A stretch of DNA of 64,000 bases, taken from contig CAVPJD010000020.1 in NCBI GenBank assembly GCA_963705165.1, positions 1 to 64,000 on the forward strand, given 5' to 3'. Positions 29,822 through 40,419 of this stretch are shown here, one piece after another. Position 1 is the stretch's first letter. Every line of letters starts with the position of its first letter. The notes beneath the pieces are model-generated. The model was not told the DNA's origin. It worked only from the letters and a program-made list of their open reading frames with translations, and searched no databases. Source of the stretch: an uncultured delta proteobacterium. Lineage in GTDB: Bacteria > Desulfobacterota > Syntrophia > Syntrophales > UBA2192. The translations under genes and the position numbers were made by a program.

Positions 29822-30205
29822 ATGGAAAAGAAGCTCCTCATCGTGGATGACGAGTTGAGCGTCAGGGAGTTATTCAAGGATTTCTTCAGCGCCTCGGGCT
29901 ACCAGGTCCTGACGGCGGAGGGCGCAGAAAACGCCCTCGAGATCCTCCGGGATGAGGAGATCGACATGATCTTTCTGGACCTGAGGCTCTTCGGAACGAA
30001 CGGGCTGGAGTTGGGCCGGCAGATCCGCAGGGAAAAGCCCCTCTCCATTCTCTTTGCCATCACGGGGTGGGCCGGTCTCTTCGAGGTTGAGGAGTGCCGG
30101 GAGGCCGGCTTCGACGACTTTTTCATCAAGCCCGTCCAGTTCGACATGCTCCTGAAAGCCGTCGAGGAAGCCTTCGACCGGGTCGAGCGATGGAGGAAAA
30201 GGTAG
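29822..30205 (+). CDS. Single-domain response regulator (CheY-like)
   Basis: LLIVDDE, IFLDL phospho-Asp, ITG, FIKP. Confidence 0.92.
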   Translation: MEKKLLIVDDELSVRELFKDFFSASGYQVLTAEGAENALEILRDEEIDMIFLDLRLFGTNGLELGRQIRREKPLSILFAITGWAGLFEVEECREAGFDDFFIKPVQFDMLLKAVEEAFDRVERWRKR

Positions 30206-30327
30206 GTTTCGCACTGTCGCAGGCTTGACAACCGGGCAAGCGTCCTTACTTTAGCATGGCCGCGAAACGCGGACGTTTTTCCAGCCTTTGAAAAATAGAA
30301 ACATCTTTCCACAATATATCGAAGTAA

Positions 30328-31947
<1,620 letters not shown>

Positions 31948-31985
31948 GAAGCACCGGCACCATCACACCGCATAGAAGCGTTCCG

Positions 31986-32021
31986 GCCCCCGGGGGAGTT
32001 CACCCTTCCCCGGGGGCTTTT
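31986..32021 (+). terminator. Intrinsic terminator after groEL
   Basis: gcccccgggggag ... cttccccgggggc tttt. Confidence 0.7.
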
Positions 32022-32066
32022 CTCTCAAAAACACCAGGACAACCGGGAGGAGCAGCGGGACGTACC

Positions 32067-33773
32067 ATGAATCACCCATCGAAGCCCCTTTCAACGGACA
32101 ACATCGTCGAGATCCCCGCCTTGCGCGGGAAGGATCTGCTGCGGGAGTTCGACAGCCTCGACGGCGGGGAGATCCTGGAGCGCATCCTCCACGACAAGAA
32201 CCCCCGCAAGGTGGTCGAGGAATTTCCCGCCGGGGATTTTTTCTGGCTCATCAAGAAGATCGGAAGCGACGACTCTCTGGCGCTGCTGGAGCTTGCCACA
32301 CCGGAGCAGTGGCAATATATCCTCGATATGGAGATCTGGGACCGCGACGAGATCAACACCGCCGAGTCCCTGTCCTGGCTGAGGCGGCTCTTCGAGGCCG
32401 ACAGCCGCAAAACGATTGCCTGGCTGCTGGAAGAGGGAAGCGCCCTGGCCTTTTATATTCTACAGAAGAGCCTCGAGGTGATGGCCCGGGAGGAGGACGA
32501 CAACGAGGTCGAGATCCCCGAGGGGTTCTTCACCCACGAGGGGGTCCTGTATTTGAGGGCCGTTGACGCGGAGTTCGAGCCTTTTCTCCGGGAGCTCACG
32601 GGCGCCATCGCCGCGGCCAGTATGCCTGCTTTTCATTCCCTGATGTCCAGCCTTGCCGGCGTGATCCCCTCGGAGCTCGAAGACGGAATGTCCCGGATGA
32701 GAAACGTACGCCTGGCCGAATACGGGTTTCTTCCCTTTGACGAGGCCATCTCCATCTATTCGCCCCTTTCGCTCGAACAGATGAACCTCGCAGGAAAGCC
32801 TGCCGCAATCGTCGACATCATGGCCGATGAAGAAGCCCGGGCCCTGATCCCCTTTCTGCCACTTCACGAGGGGCCGCAGGGAAGCTTCCTGCAGGAGGCG
32901 CTGAGAGCCGTGAAAGACCCCCTCATTCAGGACCGGATGCGCCTGGAATTCGCGGGGCTTGCAAATCAGATCGCGTCGGTCGAGGGGCTCGCCCGCATGG
33001 AGTTGACCAGTCTGGTCCAAACGACCCGGAAGGCCGCCGGTTATCTCAACATCGCACTGGAGGAAATGACGGGAAGGGAGCCCGGCCGCGCGGGCACTCT
33101 GCTGGAGAGCAACACCCTGACATCGATTTTCCGCGCCGGATTCGGGCTGGTTCTCCGCGCAAAACGAGTGGCCGAGACCTGGATCAGAATGGCCTGGTTC
33201 CGCAGGAACGGGTTTGCAGACGGTTTCTGGGGCGATGAACGGGGTTCGCTGTTATCGGGCATCCTGCTGAAGAAGCCCCTGCTGTACACCGGATTGCAGA
33301 AAGGGGAGATCTACCGGGATTTCGCCGGTGCCGACGACCTCACCCGGGCAAGCAAGGCCCTCATGGGACTGATCGCCCTGGACGGGCTGATGGATGCCCT
33401 GACAAAAAAAAGGCCTCTTGCCCCCGAGGATTCCGGGCGGGAGGATCTGACCTGTTTCCACCTCCTGTTCACGTTCTGGGCCCGCCGGCGACTCGGGCTC
33501 GAGTCCGGATTTGCGGCGATCGAGCCTGGAGAGGCCCGGGCCTTTTTCGCGATCCTTCGTGAGGGCGAGACGGCACCCCCTTACCGGATGACCCCTTTCC
33601 GGGAAGTTTTCATCGAGGACATGCTCGGGTTTGCGTCAGTGCTGCCCGACGATCTTCGGGCCGCCCTGCGTGAGGAGCTATCCAATATCTGGGAGGAATT
33701 CCGGGCCGAATACGAGGAAGTCCCCCCCGCCGACACGGACATGAAACACAATCCGTTCCTCATTATCAGTTGA
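32067..33773 (+). CDS. Conserved hypothetical protein (DUF6178-like)
   Basis: True start MNHPSK at ATG 32067; EQWQYILDMEIW, RNVRLAEYGFLPFDEA, AAGYLNIALE, IFRAGF; family name from memory. Confidence 0.7.
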   Translation: MNHPSKPLSTDNIVEIPALRGKDLLREFDSLDGGEILERILHDKNPRKVVEEFPAGDFFWLIKKIGSDDSLALLELATPEQWQYILDMEIWDRDEINTAESLSWLRRLFEADSRKTIAWLLEEGSALAFYILQKSLEVMAREEDDNEVEIPEGFFTHEGVLYLRAVDAEFEPFLRELTGAIAAASMPAFHSLMSSLAGVIPSELEDGMSRMRNVRLAEYGFLPFDEAISIYSPLSLEQMNLAGKPAAIVDIMADEEARALIPFLPLHEGPQGSFLQEALRAVKDPLIQDRMRLEFAGLANQIASVEGLARMELTSLVQTTRKAAGYLNIALEEMTGREPGRAGTLLESNTLTSIFRAGFGLVLRAKRVAETWIRMAWFRRNGFADGFWGDERGSLLSGILLKKPLLYTGLQKGEIYRDFAGADDLTRASKALMGLIALDGLMDALTKKRPLAPEDSGREDLTCFHLLFTFWARRRLGLESGFAAIEPGEARAFFAILREGETAPPYRMTPFREVFIEDMLGFASVLPDDLRAALREELSNIWEEFRAEYEEVPPADTDMKHNPFLIIS

Positions 33774-33800
33774 CTAGTTAACTAGTTGATTAGTTAATTG
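33767..33800 (+). repeat. Octamer-period tract AGTTRAYT overlapping the stop codon
   Basis: cagttgac tagttaac tagttgat tagttaat tg. Confidence 0.75.
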
Positions 33801-33825
33801 GGAAGAGGGAGCCGAGAGGCAATAA

Positions 33826-33876
33826 AAAATCCCCCTCTTTCCCCCTTTTACAAAGGGGGATGAAAGGGGGATTTTT
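33826..33876. repeat. REP-like nested palindrome (ATCCCCC..CCCCCTTT..AAAGGGGG..GGGGGAT)
   Basis: aaaatccccctctttccccctttta caaagggggatgaaagggggatttt; sibling at 56856-56906. Confidence 0.8.
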
Positions 33877-33909
33877 CTTTCTGCTGTTGGCTGTTGGCTG
33901 TCTTCTATT

Positions 33910-33960
33910 CCTCTACCCTTTACCCTTTACCCTCTACCCTTTACCCTGGACCCTGTCCCC
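33910..33960 (-). repeat. Heptamer GGGTANA tract, 7 G-runs, fused to the TAG stop
   Basis: Minus strand ta-ggggaca gggtcca gggtaaa gggtaga gggtaaa gggtaaa gggtaga gg. Confidence 0.9.
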
Positions 33961-35153
33961 TAATTCTTCGTCACAAGGCGCCTGACTGCCGCCTCGAGGC
34001 CGTCCAGCGTCAGCTCATACATGGGGAAAACCTGGCGGACGATACCGATGGTGCGCACGCGATCCCACTCCCACAGAGGTGAGGGGTTAAGCCAGACGGC
34101 ATGGCGGAAGAGGCCCGCCAGGAACTTGAGCCGTTCGATGCTGGGGCGGGTGCTGCGCTGCGTGTAGTCGATGGCCCCCCCGGCGTACATGAGCTCGTAG
34201 GGCGACATGCTCGCATCTCCCAGGAATATGAGCCTCGTCTCGGGGTCGCGCAGGGAAAGCTCGTCGAGGCGCTCGGGGCGGTAGAAGCGCTGGGCATCCT
34301 GCCAGACGACGTCGTAGAGCGAGTTGTGGAAGTAATAGGTCCGAAGGTCCTTGAACTGCGAGCGGGCATAGCTGAAAAGGGTCTGGACGAGCTCGACATA
34401 GGGCTCCATGGACCAGCCGCCGTTGTCGATCATGAGTATGACCTTGAGGCGGTCCGTGAGCCGGCGGTCGAAGACGATCTCGATCTCGCCTGCGTTGCGC
34501 AGGGTCTCGCGGATCGTCTTGTCCACGTTGACGAGGTCCTTGGGGCCGGCAGGGACCATCCGGCGAAGCCTCTTGAGGGCCTCGCCCATCTGGGCCTGGG
34601 TGAGGGGCCCGTCCTGGGAGTAATCCCGCCAGCGGCGGTCCATGGCCACCTTGATGGCCGACTTGTTTCGCGAGACCCCGCCCACGCGCATCCCCTCGGG
34701 GTGGGTGCCCGAGTGCCCCACGGGCGAGGTGCCCCGGGTGCCGATCCAGCGGTTCCCCCCATGATGGGCTTCCGTCTGCTCCTTCAGCCGATCCAGGAAG
34801 TACTGGATGAGCTCCTCGGGAGTCATCTTGCTGAGCTTCTTCTCGTCGATGCCGAAAGCGGCGGCCACCCCTGCCGGGTCTTTCAGCCACTCCTGCAGAA
34901 GCGCCTTTGCAATGTCGGTCAGCTCGTGGGTCTCGGGGTCCTTCAGCTCAACACCCCGGAAGTGGTGGAGGAAGACCTGGTCGTAGAGATCGAAGTAGCG
35001 CTCGCTTTTCACCAGCAGTGACCGGGCGACGGTGTAGAAATCGTCAAGCGAGGTGACGAGCCCCAGAGAGAGCGCCCTCTGGAGGCGCAGAAACGAGGTG
35101 GGCGTCACGGGGACGCCGCGGTCCCGCAGGGTGTAGAAGAATTGAATGAACAT
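33960..35153 (-). CDS. VWA-domain CoxE-like protein
   Basis: MFIQFFYTLR, HHGGNRWIGTRGTSP, MIDNGGWSM, YYFHN, GDASM, WLNP; partner of upstream MoxR. Confidence 0.85.
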   Translation of the reverse strand: MFIQFFYTLRDRGVPVTPTSFLRLQRALSLGLVTSLDDFYTVARSLLVKSERYFDLYDQVFLHHFRGVELKDPETHELTDIAKALLQEWLKDPAGVAAAFGIDEKKLSKMTPEELIQYFLDRLKEQTEAHHGGNRWIGTRGTSPVGHSGTHPEGMRVGGVSRNKSAIKVAMDRRWRDYSQDGPLTQAQMGEALKRLRRMVPAGPKDLVNVDKTIRETLRNAGEIEIVFDRRLTDRLKVILMIDNGGWSMEPYVELVQTLFSYARSQFKDLRTYYFHNSLYDVVWQDAQRFYRPERLDELSLRDPETRLIFLGDASMSPYELMYAGGAIDYTQRSTRPSIERLKFLAGLFRHAVWLNPSPLWEWDRVRTIGIVRQVFPMYELTLDGLEAAVRRLVTKN

Positions 35154-35209
35154 TTGCTGGTTTATCGTCCGTACGGGTGGCTTATTGTCATCCTGTGCCT
35201 TCAAAACCG

Positions 35210-35308
35210 CGAAGAGAAGAGAGGAAGAGCAGAAGCGCGGAAGAGCGGAAAGAAAACGGAAAGAAAAGTACCACTCCGATCTTCCTATCTTCCTCACTTC
35301 CTAACTTC
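35210..35308. repeat. Octamer-arm imperfect palindrome (GGAAGAGC / CTTCCTAT)
   Basis: gaggaagagcagaagcgcggaagagcggaaag ... tccgatcttcctatcttcctcacttcctaacttc. Confidence 0.7.
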
Positions 35309-35370
35309 GCCATCGCCAATCGTAAACCAGACCTAAGGCTTTCCACCTGCCACCAGTCTGGAGACTTCGC

Positions 35371-36225
35371 TCAGCGACGAAGGCGGGCGATGGCCTTGGC
35401 GGCCAGGCCGAGATCGGCGCTTTTCTTGTAGAGGACCCCCAGGTACGGCACCTCGCCGCGCTGCAGGACGGCCGGCCTGAAGTCGGGGTCGCTCTTCAGG
35501 GCGCGGATCCAGTTGATGAGCTCCCGCGTGGCGGGCTTCTTCTCGATGCCCCCGATATCGCGGAGCCCATAAAAGGACTGCAGGCAGGCCGTGGCCATCT
35601 CGTCGCTGAGCTGCGGGAAGTGCACCCCCACGATCTTGCGCATCGTTTCCGGCTCCGGGAAGGCGATGTGGTGGAAGTTGCAGCGCCCCAGGAAGGGGTC
35701 CGAGAGATCCTTCTTGGCGTTCGAGGTGATGACGACAACGGGGCGGTTTATGGCCTTCACGGTCTTGTCGATCTCGATGATGTCGAAGGACATCTGGTCG
35801 AGCACGTCGAGCATGTCGTCCTGGAAGTCCGTGTCGGCCTTGTCGATCTCGTCGATGAGGAGCACCGTCTTGGCGTCGGCGACGAAGGACTGGCCGATCT
35901 TGCCCATCCGGATGTAGGCCTCGATGTCGCTCACGTTGCGCTTCGAGTCGCCGAAGCGGCTGTCGTTGAGGCGCGTGAGCGTGTCATACTGATAAAGAGC
36001 CTCGACAAGCTTCATGCTCGACTTCACGTTGAGGGTGATGAGCGGGAGGTTGAGGCTCTCGGCGATGGCGTAGGCGAGCATCGTCTTGCCCGTACCCGGC
36101 TCGCCTTTCAGCAGAAGAGGCATCTCCAGGGCGATGGAGATGTTCACGATCTTGGCCAGTTCCTCGTCGAGGACGTATTTCGAGGCGCCGCGGAATGAGT
36201 TGGGTTTCTTTTCCTGTTCTTTCAT
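35371..36225 (-). CDS. MoxR-family AAA+ ATPase
   Basis: Walker A GEPGTGKT, Walker B LLIDEIDKAD, ITSN, KKPATRELINW. Confidence 0.92.
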   Translation of the reverse strand: MKEQEKKPNSFRGASKYVLDEELAKIVNISIALEMPLLLKGEPGTGKTMLAYAIAESLNLPLITLNVKSSMKLVEALYQYDTLTRLNDSRFGDSKRNVSDIEAYIRMGKIGQSFVADAKTVLLIDEIDKADTDFQDDMLDVLDQMSFDIIEIDKTVKAINRPVVVITSNAKKDLSDPFLGRCNFHHIAFPEPETMRKIVGVHFPQLSDEMATACLQSFYGLRDIGGIEKKPATRELINWIRALKSDPDFRPAVLQRGEVPYLGVLYKKSADLGLAAKAIARLRR

Positions 36226-36265
36226 CTTTCGCTCCGTTGCAGATTCTCGCTCAGTGGCAATGCAA

Positions 36266-36290
36266 ACCCCCGGGAAGCGATCCCGGGGGT
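36266..36290 (-). terminator. Hairpin downstream of the FAD oxidoreductase gene
   Basis: acccccggga-agcga-tcccgggggt. Confidence 0.5.
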
Positions 36291-36350
36291 GAATGAATCT
36301 ACTTCAAAATCCAAAAAAATTCCACAGCAATCCATAGGCCTTCATTTACG

Positions 36351-37547
36351 CTACGAGAGATCGATCCCTACCTCTTCCAGCTTCTTCTTGACCGATGAGA
36401 GTTCCTTGTGTCCCTCGATGGCCGCCAGGATCTCCTTCTCCCCCCGGAGATCCCCCAGGAGGATCGCCCCGGCGATGGAATTATTCTCGATGACAAGTTT
36501 GCGGTAAACGCACTTCTCTTCATCCGACCTGACGATGCACTCGTCGTCGCCCTCGGCGTCGATGTCCCCCATGGAGATGAGGTCAATGCCCGCCACCTTG
36601 AGCCGGTTTGCCTGGAGAGTCCCCTCGTAGAGGGTCCCCTTGCCCGCCATGTTGGCCCCGGCAGCCCTCCCCTGGGCCATGGCGGCGGGCCAGCTCCCGT
36701 AATATCGTCCCCGGTGTTCGATATCGTCGCCGGCGGCAAAAATATCCTCGAGGCCCGCCTGCAGCCTGTCGTCGACCTTTACGGCTCGGCCGACGGGAAG
36801 GCCGATTTGCCGTGCCAGGGTCAGCTCCGGCTCCACCCCGGCCGAAAAAAGGACCATGTCCGTATCGAGCCTGTTTCCGCTCTCGAAAATAACGGTCAAT
36901 CGCCCGTCCGCAGGGACGATCTCCCGGGTCCTCTCGTTGAGCAGAAAGGAAAAACCCATCTCCTCCATCCTGTGCTGGAGCAACTGAGCCCCGGCCGGGT
37001 CCATCTGACGGGGGAGCATTCGGGGGTTTCTCTCGATGACGGTCACCTTGAGCCCTCTTTTACGCAGCCCGTTTCCCGCCTCGAGGCCAAGAAGGCCGCC
37101 GCCGATGAGGACGGCGGATTTTGCCGACTCGGCGCGCTTCAGGATGGCATCGGCGTCTTCCAGGGTCCTCAGCGTGAAGACGCCCGGTGCATCGGCGCCC
37201 TTGATGTCCGGACGCGAGGCCTTGCCGCCCGTTGCCAGAAGAAGCCGGTCGTAGGCAAAGGTCCTGCCTTCCTTCGTCGTCACGGTCCGGGCGCCGGGAT
37301 CGATACAAACGATCTCCGTCGAGAGGTGGACGTCGATGCGGTTCTTCTCGTACCACGCCCCGTCGTGCAGAGTGAACGCCTTCAGGACCTTTTCCCCTGC
37401 GAGATACTCCGGCAGGGCCGGCCGGTAATAGTAGAAAGCCGCTTCCTTCGTGAACATCCGGATCTCCGAATCCGGATCGAGTTTCCGGATCGTCTCGGCA
37501 GCCGAATTTCCTGCAACCCCACAACCCACGATGACGTAACGGCTCAT
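36351..37547 (-). CDS. NAD(P)/FAD-dependent oxidoreductase (NADH:rubredoxin reductase / NirB N-terminal-like)
   Basis: IVGCGVAG, YYRPAL, YDRLLLATG, LIGGGLLGLE, IFAAGD. Confidence 0.9.
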   Translation of the reverse strand: MSRYVIVGCGVAGNSAAETIRKLDPDSEIRMFTKEAAFYYYRPALPEYLAGEKVLKAFTLHDGAWYEKNRIDVHLSTEIVCIDPGARTVTTKEGRTFAYDRLLLATGGKASRPDIKGADAPGVFTLRTLEDADAILKRAESAKSAVLIGGGLLGLEAGNGLRKRGLKVTVIERNPRMLPRQMDPAGAQLLQHRMEEMGFSFLLNERTREIVPADGRLTVIFESGNRLDTDMVLFSAGVEPELTLARQIGLPVGRAVKVDDRLQAGLEDIFAAGDDIEHRGRYYGSWPAAMAQGRAAGANMAGKGTLYEGTLQANRLKVAGIDLISMGDIDAEGDDECIVRSDEEKCVYRKLVIENNSIAGAILLGDLRGEKEILAAIEGHKELSSVKKKLEEVGIDLS

Positions 37548-37711
37548 GCCTCTTTCCCCTTTTACTATGGGCACTTGGAGATTAGTAATTACTGTACACT
37601 TCATGACAAAGGCCGTCAAGCTGCAATGCCTTGTCCGTATTGGTAGGAATTAGTTATTTTTTGTTGCTCTTTGTCATTCGGTTTACTATGATTCCTGCTC
37701 CGGAGGGTGTC

Positions 37712-38629
37712 ATGTCCGAAGAGATGATGAACACGAAGGGCGTGGCTGCCTATCTCGGGATCAACGAGAAGCAGGTCTACGCCCTGATCAAGGCTGGAAG
37801 GATACCGGGAACGCGGCTTACGGGAAAGTGGGTTTTCCCGAAAAAGCTCATCGACGAGTGGATCGAAACCGGCGCCCGGAGCGGGCTCAAAGAGGCAAGA
37901 GAGAAGAGCCGCGGCATGGAAGGGGCGCTCCTGGCATCGGGGAGCAATGACCCGGTCCTCGATTTCCTGCTCACCGGGATGAGGCATACGCACCCGGAAT
38001 TTTATTTCTTCTGTGCCAACACGGGAAGCACCGAGGGGCTGAAGGCACTCAGCGGCGGGTACACCGACATTGCCTGGACCCATCTCTTCGACCAGGAGAG
38101 CGGCCGTTATAACGTCCCCTTCCTTCCGAAATATCTGCCCGACATGAAAACCGTGCTGGTGCACCTCTTTCGCAGGGAGATCGGCATCGTCGCGGCACCC
38201 GGCAACCCCCTGGGAATCGCCGGCATCGAGGACATCGCGGGGGAAAAAGTCCGTTTCGTCAACCGCCAGGAAGGTTCGGGCACGAGAGTGCTCCTGGATT
38301 ACCATCTGAAAAACTCCGGCATCCCGGCCGAGGCGATCAACGGATACGACCGGCAGGTCTACACCCACGTCGAGGTGGGGCTGTCGATTCTCTCCGGCGA
38401 GGCCGATGCGGGAATCGCCACGGTGGCCGTCTCGAGGCTCATGGGACTTCATTTCGTCCCCGTCACGCGGGAAAACTTCGACATGGCACTGGGACAGTCC
38501 ACCTATTTCAGCAAAGGCATCCAGGCCCTCATGGAAGTTTTAAGGACTCCCGGTTTCCGAGAACGTTTCGAACGTCTCGGCGGCTACGGTTTCGAGGATG
38601 CGGGGAAAATCCTTTACTCAAACATCTGA
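37712..38629 (+). CDS. Excisionase-like HTH + PBP (molybdate/tungstate-binding) transcriptional regulator, TaoR-like
   Basis: MNTKGVAAYLGINEKQVYALIKAGRIPG HTH; GSNDP, GSTEGL, FVNRQEGSGTR, THVEV; heads a tupABC cluster. Confidence 0.85.
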   Translation: MSEEMMNTKGVAAYLGINEKQVYALIKAGRIPGTRLTGKWVFPKKLIDEWIETGARSGLKEAREKSRGMEGALLASGSNDPVLDFLLTGMRHTHPEFYFFCANTGSTEGLKALSGGYTDIAWTHLFDQESGRYNVPFLPKYLPDMKTVLVHLFRREIGIVAAPGNPLGIAGIEDIAGEKVRFVNRQEGSGTRVLLDYHLKNSGIPAEAINGYDRQVYTHVEVGLSILSGEADAGIATVAVSRLMGLHFVPVTRENFDMALGQSTYFSKGIQALMEVLRTPGFRERFERLGGYGFEDAGKILYSNI

Positions 38630-38641
38630 AGGAGGAGAAAC

Positions 38642-39499
38642 ATGAAAAAGTGGCTGTTGCCGGTGCTGTTGAGCTTCCTGCTCCTCGTGCCCGGTCTTTG
38701 CTGGGCACAGAAGGGCGGTTTTGTCTTCATGGCAAGCACGATCGGCCCCATCGACTCGGGGATCGTGGGGGCCCTGGAGGATCAATTCGAGAAAGACACT
38801 GGCATCCGGGTACGCCACGTCGGCGCCGGCACCGGCGCCGCCCTGAAGATCGCCGAGCAGGGAAACGTCGATCTCGTCATGGCCCACGCCAAATCCCTGG
38901 AGGAGAAATTCATCGCCGAGGGCTACGGAACCGAGCGGATCCCCATGATGTACAACGACTTTGTCATCCTGGGCCCCGCGGCCGATCCCGCCGGGATCAA
39001 GGGAATGAAGACGGGGGCAGAGGCCCTGAAGGCCATCGCCGCAAAGCAGGCCCTCTTCATCACCCGCGGTGACAAGTCGGGAACCCACGTGGCCGAGATG
39101 GATATCTGGGCAAAGGCCGGTATCAAGCCCGCCGGCCCCTGGTACGTCACTTACGAGAAGGGCGCCGAAGGAAATGCCCCCACGACCCGATTTGCCGATT
39201 CGAAAGGGGCCTATGTCTTCATGGATCGGGCGACCTACCTGGCGCTCAAAAAGGAGATCAAGCTTGTCATCCTTGTGGAGAGGGACGAGGCCCTGCTGAA
39301 CTACATATCGCTCATCCCCGTGAACCCGAAGAAGTTCCCCCGCGTGAACCACGCCGACACGATGACGTTCGTGAAATGGCTCACCGACCCCGCGAAGGGG
39401 CAGAAGCTCATAGCGGATTTCGGCAAAGACAAATACGGCGCCCCCCTCTTCTTCGCCAACTCGAGGGAGTGGCAGGCCGCGCAGAAGAAAACGAAGTGA
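38642..39499 (+). CDS. tupA: Tungstate ABC transporter substrate-binding protein, divergent paralog
   Basis: Signal peptide; GAGTGAAL, MYNDFVILGP, TRGDKSGTH, DRATY; STIG replaces TTTS. Confidence 0.8.
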   Translation: MKKWLLPVLLSFLLLVPGLCWAQKGGFVFMASTIGPIDSGIVGALEDQFEKDTGIRVRHVGAGTGAALKIAEQGNVDLVMAHAKSLEEKFIAEGYGTERIPMMYNDFVILGPAADPAGIKGMKTGAEALKAIAAKQALFITRGDKSGTHVAEMDIWAKAGIKPAGPWYVTYEKGAEGNAPTTRFADSKGAYVFMDRATYLALKKEIKLVILVERDEALLNYISLIPVNPKKFPRVNHADTMTFVKWLTDPAKGQKLIADFGKDKYGAPLFFANSREWQAAQKKTK

Positions 39500-39530
39500 G
39501 GAAGCGCGGAACAGCGGAAGAGCGGAAAAA
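39498..39530 (+). repeat. Octamer half element (GGAAGAGC family) at the tupA stop
   Basis: gaggaagcgc ggaacagc ggaagagc ggaaaaa. Confidence 0.65.
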
Positions 39531-39561
39531 GATTTGAAAATTACGCAAAAGGAGTGACGAT

Positions 39562-40419
39562 ATGAAACGAAAATTCGCCTCAATGATCCTGTTTGTGCTG
39601 TTGGCTTCCCTGTTTGTGTTTCCAGCAACGGCGGCGGCCCAGCCGGCCCAGAAAAACGTCATCCTGGCCACGACGACGAGCACCCAGGACTCGGGACTTC
39701 TCGACGTTCTCATCCCCATTTTCGAGAAAAAGACGGGCTATTTCGTGAAGACCATCGCAGTGGGCTCCGGCCAGGCCATGGCCATGGGCGCCAAGGGCGA
39801 GGCCGACGTGCTGCTCGTCCACTCGCCCGCGGCGGAAAAGAAGTTCATGGCCGACGGCAACGGAGTCGAGCGCAGGCTCGTCATGCACAATGACTTCATC
39901 ATCGTGGGTCCGCCTTCCGACCCGGCCAAAATCAAGGGCATGAAAAAGGCTTCAGAGGCTTTCAAGAAGATCGCCGCAACGGGCAGCGTCTTCATGTCCC
40001 GCGGCGACAACTCGGGAACCCACGCCAAGGAGAAGGACATCTGGAAGGCCTCCGGCGTGAAGTTCGAGGGCGAGAAGTGGTACCAGCAGACGGGGCTCGG
40101 AATGGGGCAGACACTGGCCGTGGCGGCCGAGAAGAAGGCCTACACGCTGGCCGACCGAGGGACATATCTGGCCCTGAAGAAGAACCTCGGCCTCGACATC
40201 CTGGTGGAGGGTGACGGGATCCTGCTCAACATCTACCACGTCATCGAGGTGAACCCGAAGAAGTGGCCCAAGGCCAACTTCGCCGGCGCCAAGGCCTTCG
40301 CCGATTTCATGGTATCCAAAGAAACGCAGGACATCATCAAGACCTTCGGCGTCGAAAAGTACGGCTCGCCGCTCTTCTTCCCCGATGCCGGCAAGAAAGA
40401 GGAGGCCCTGGGCATCTAA
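39562..40419 (+). CDS. tupA: Tungstate ABC transporter substrate-binding protein
   Basis: ATTTSTQDSGLL, VGSGQA, MHNDFIIVGP, SRGDNSGTH, GMGQTL, DRGTY. Confidence 0.93.
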   Translation: MKRKFASMILFVLLASLFVFPATAAAQPAQKNVILATTTSTQDSGLLDVLIPIFEKKTGYFVKTIAVGSGQAMAMGAKGEADVLLVHSPAAEKKFMADGNGVERRLVMHNDFIIVGPPSDPAKIKGMKKASEAFKKIAATGSVFMSRGDNSGTHAKEKDIWKASGVKFEGEKWYQQTGLGMGQTLAVAAEKKAYTLADRGTYLALKKNLGLDILVEGDGILLNIYHVIEVNPKKWPKANFAGAKAFADFMVSKETQDIIKTFGVEKYGSPLFFPDAGKKEEALGI

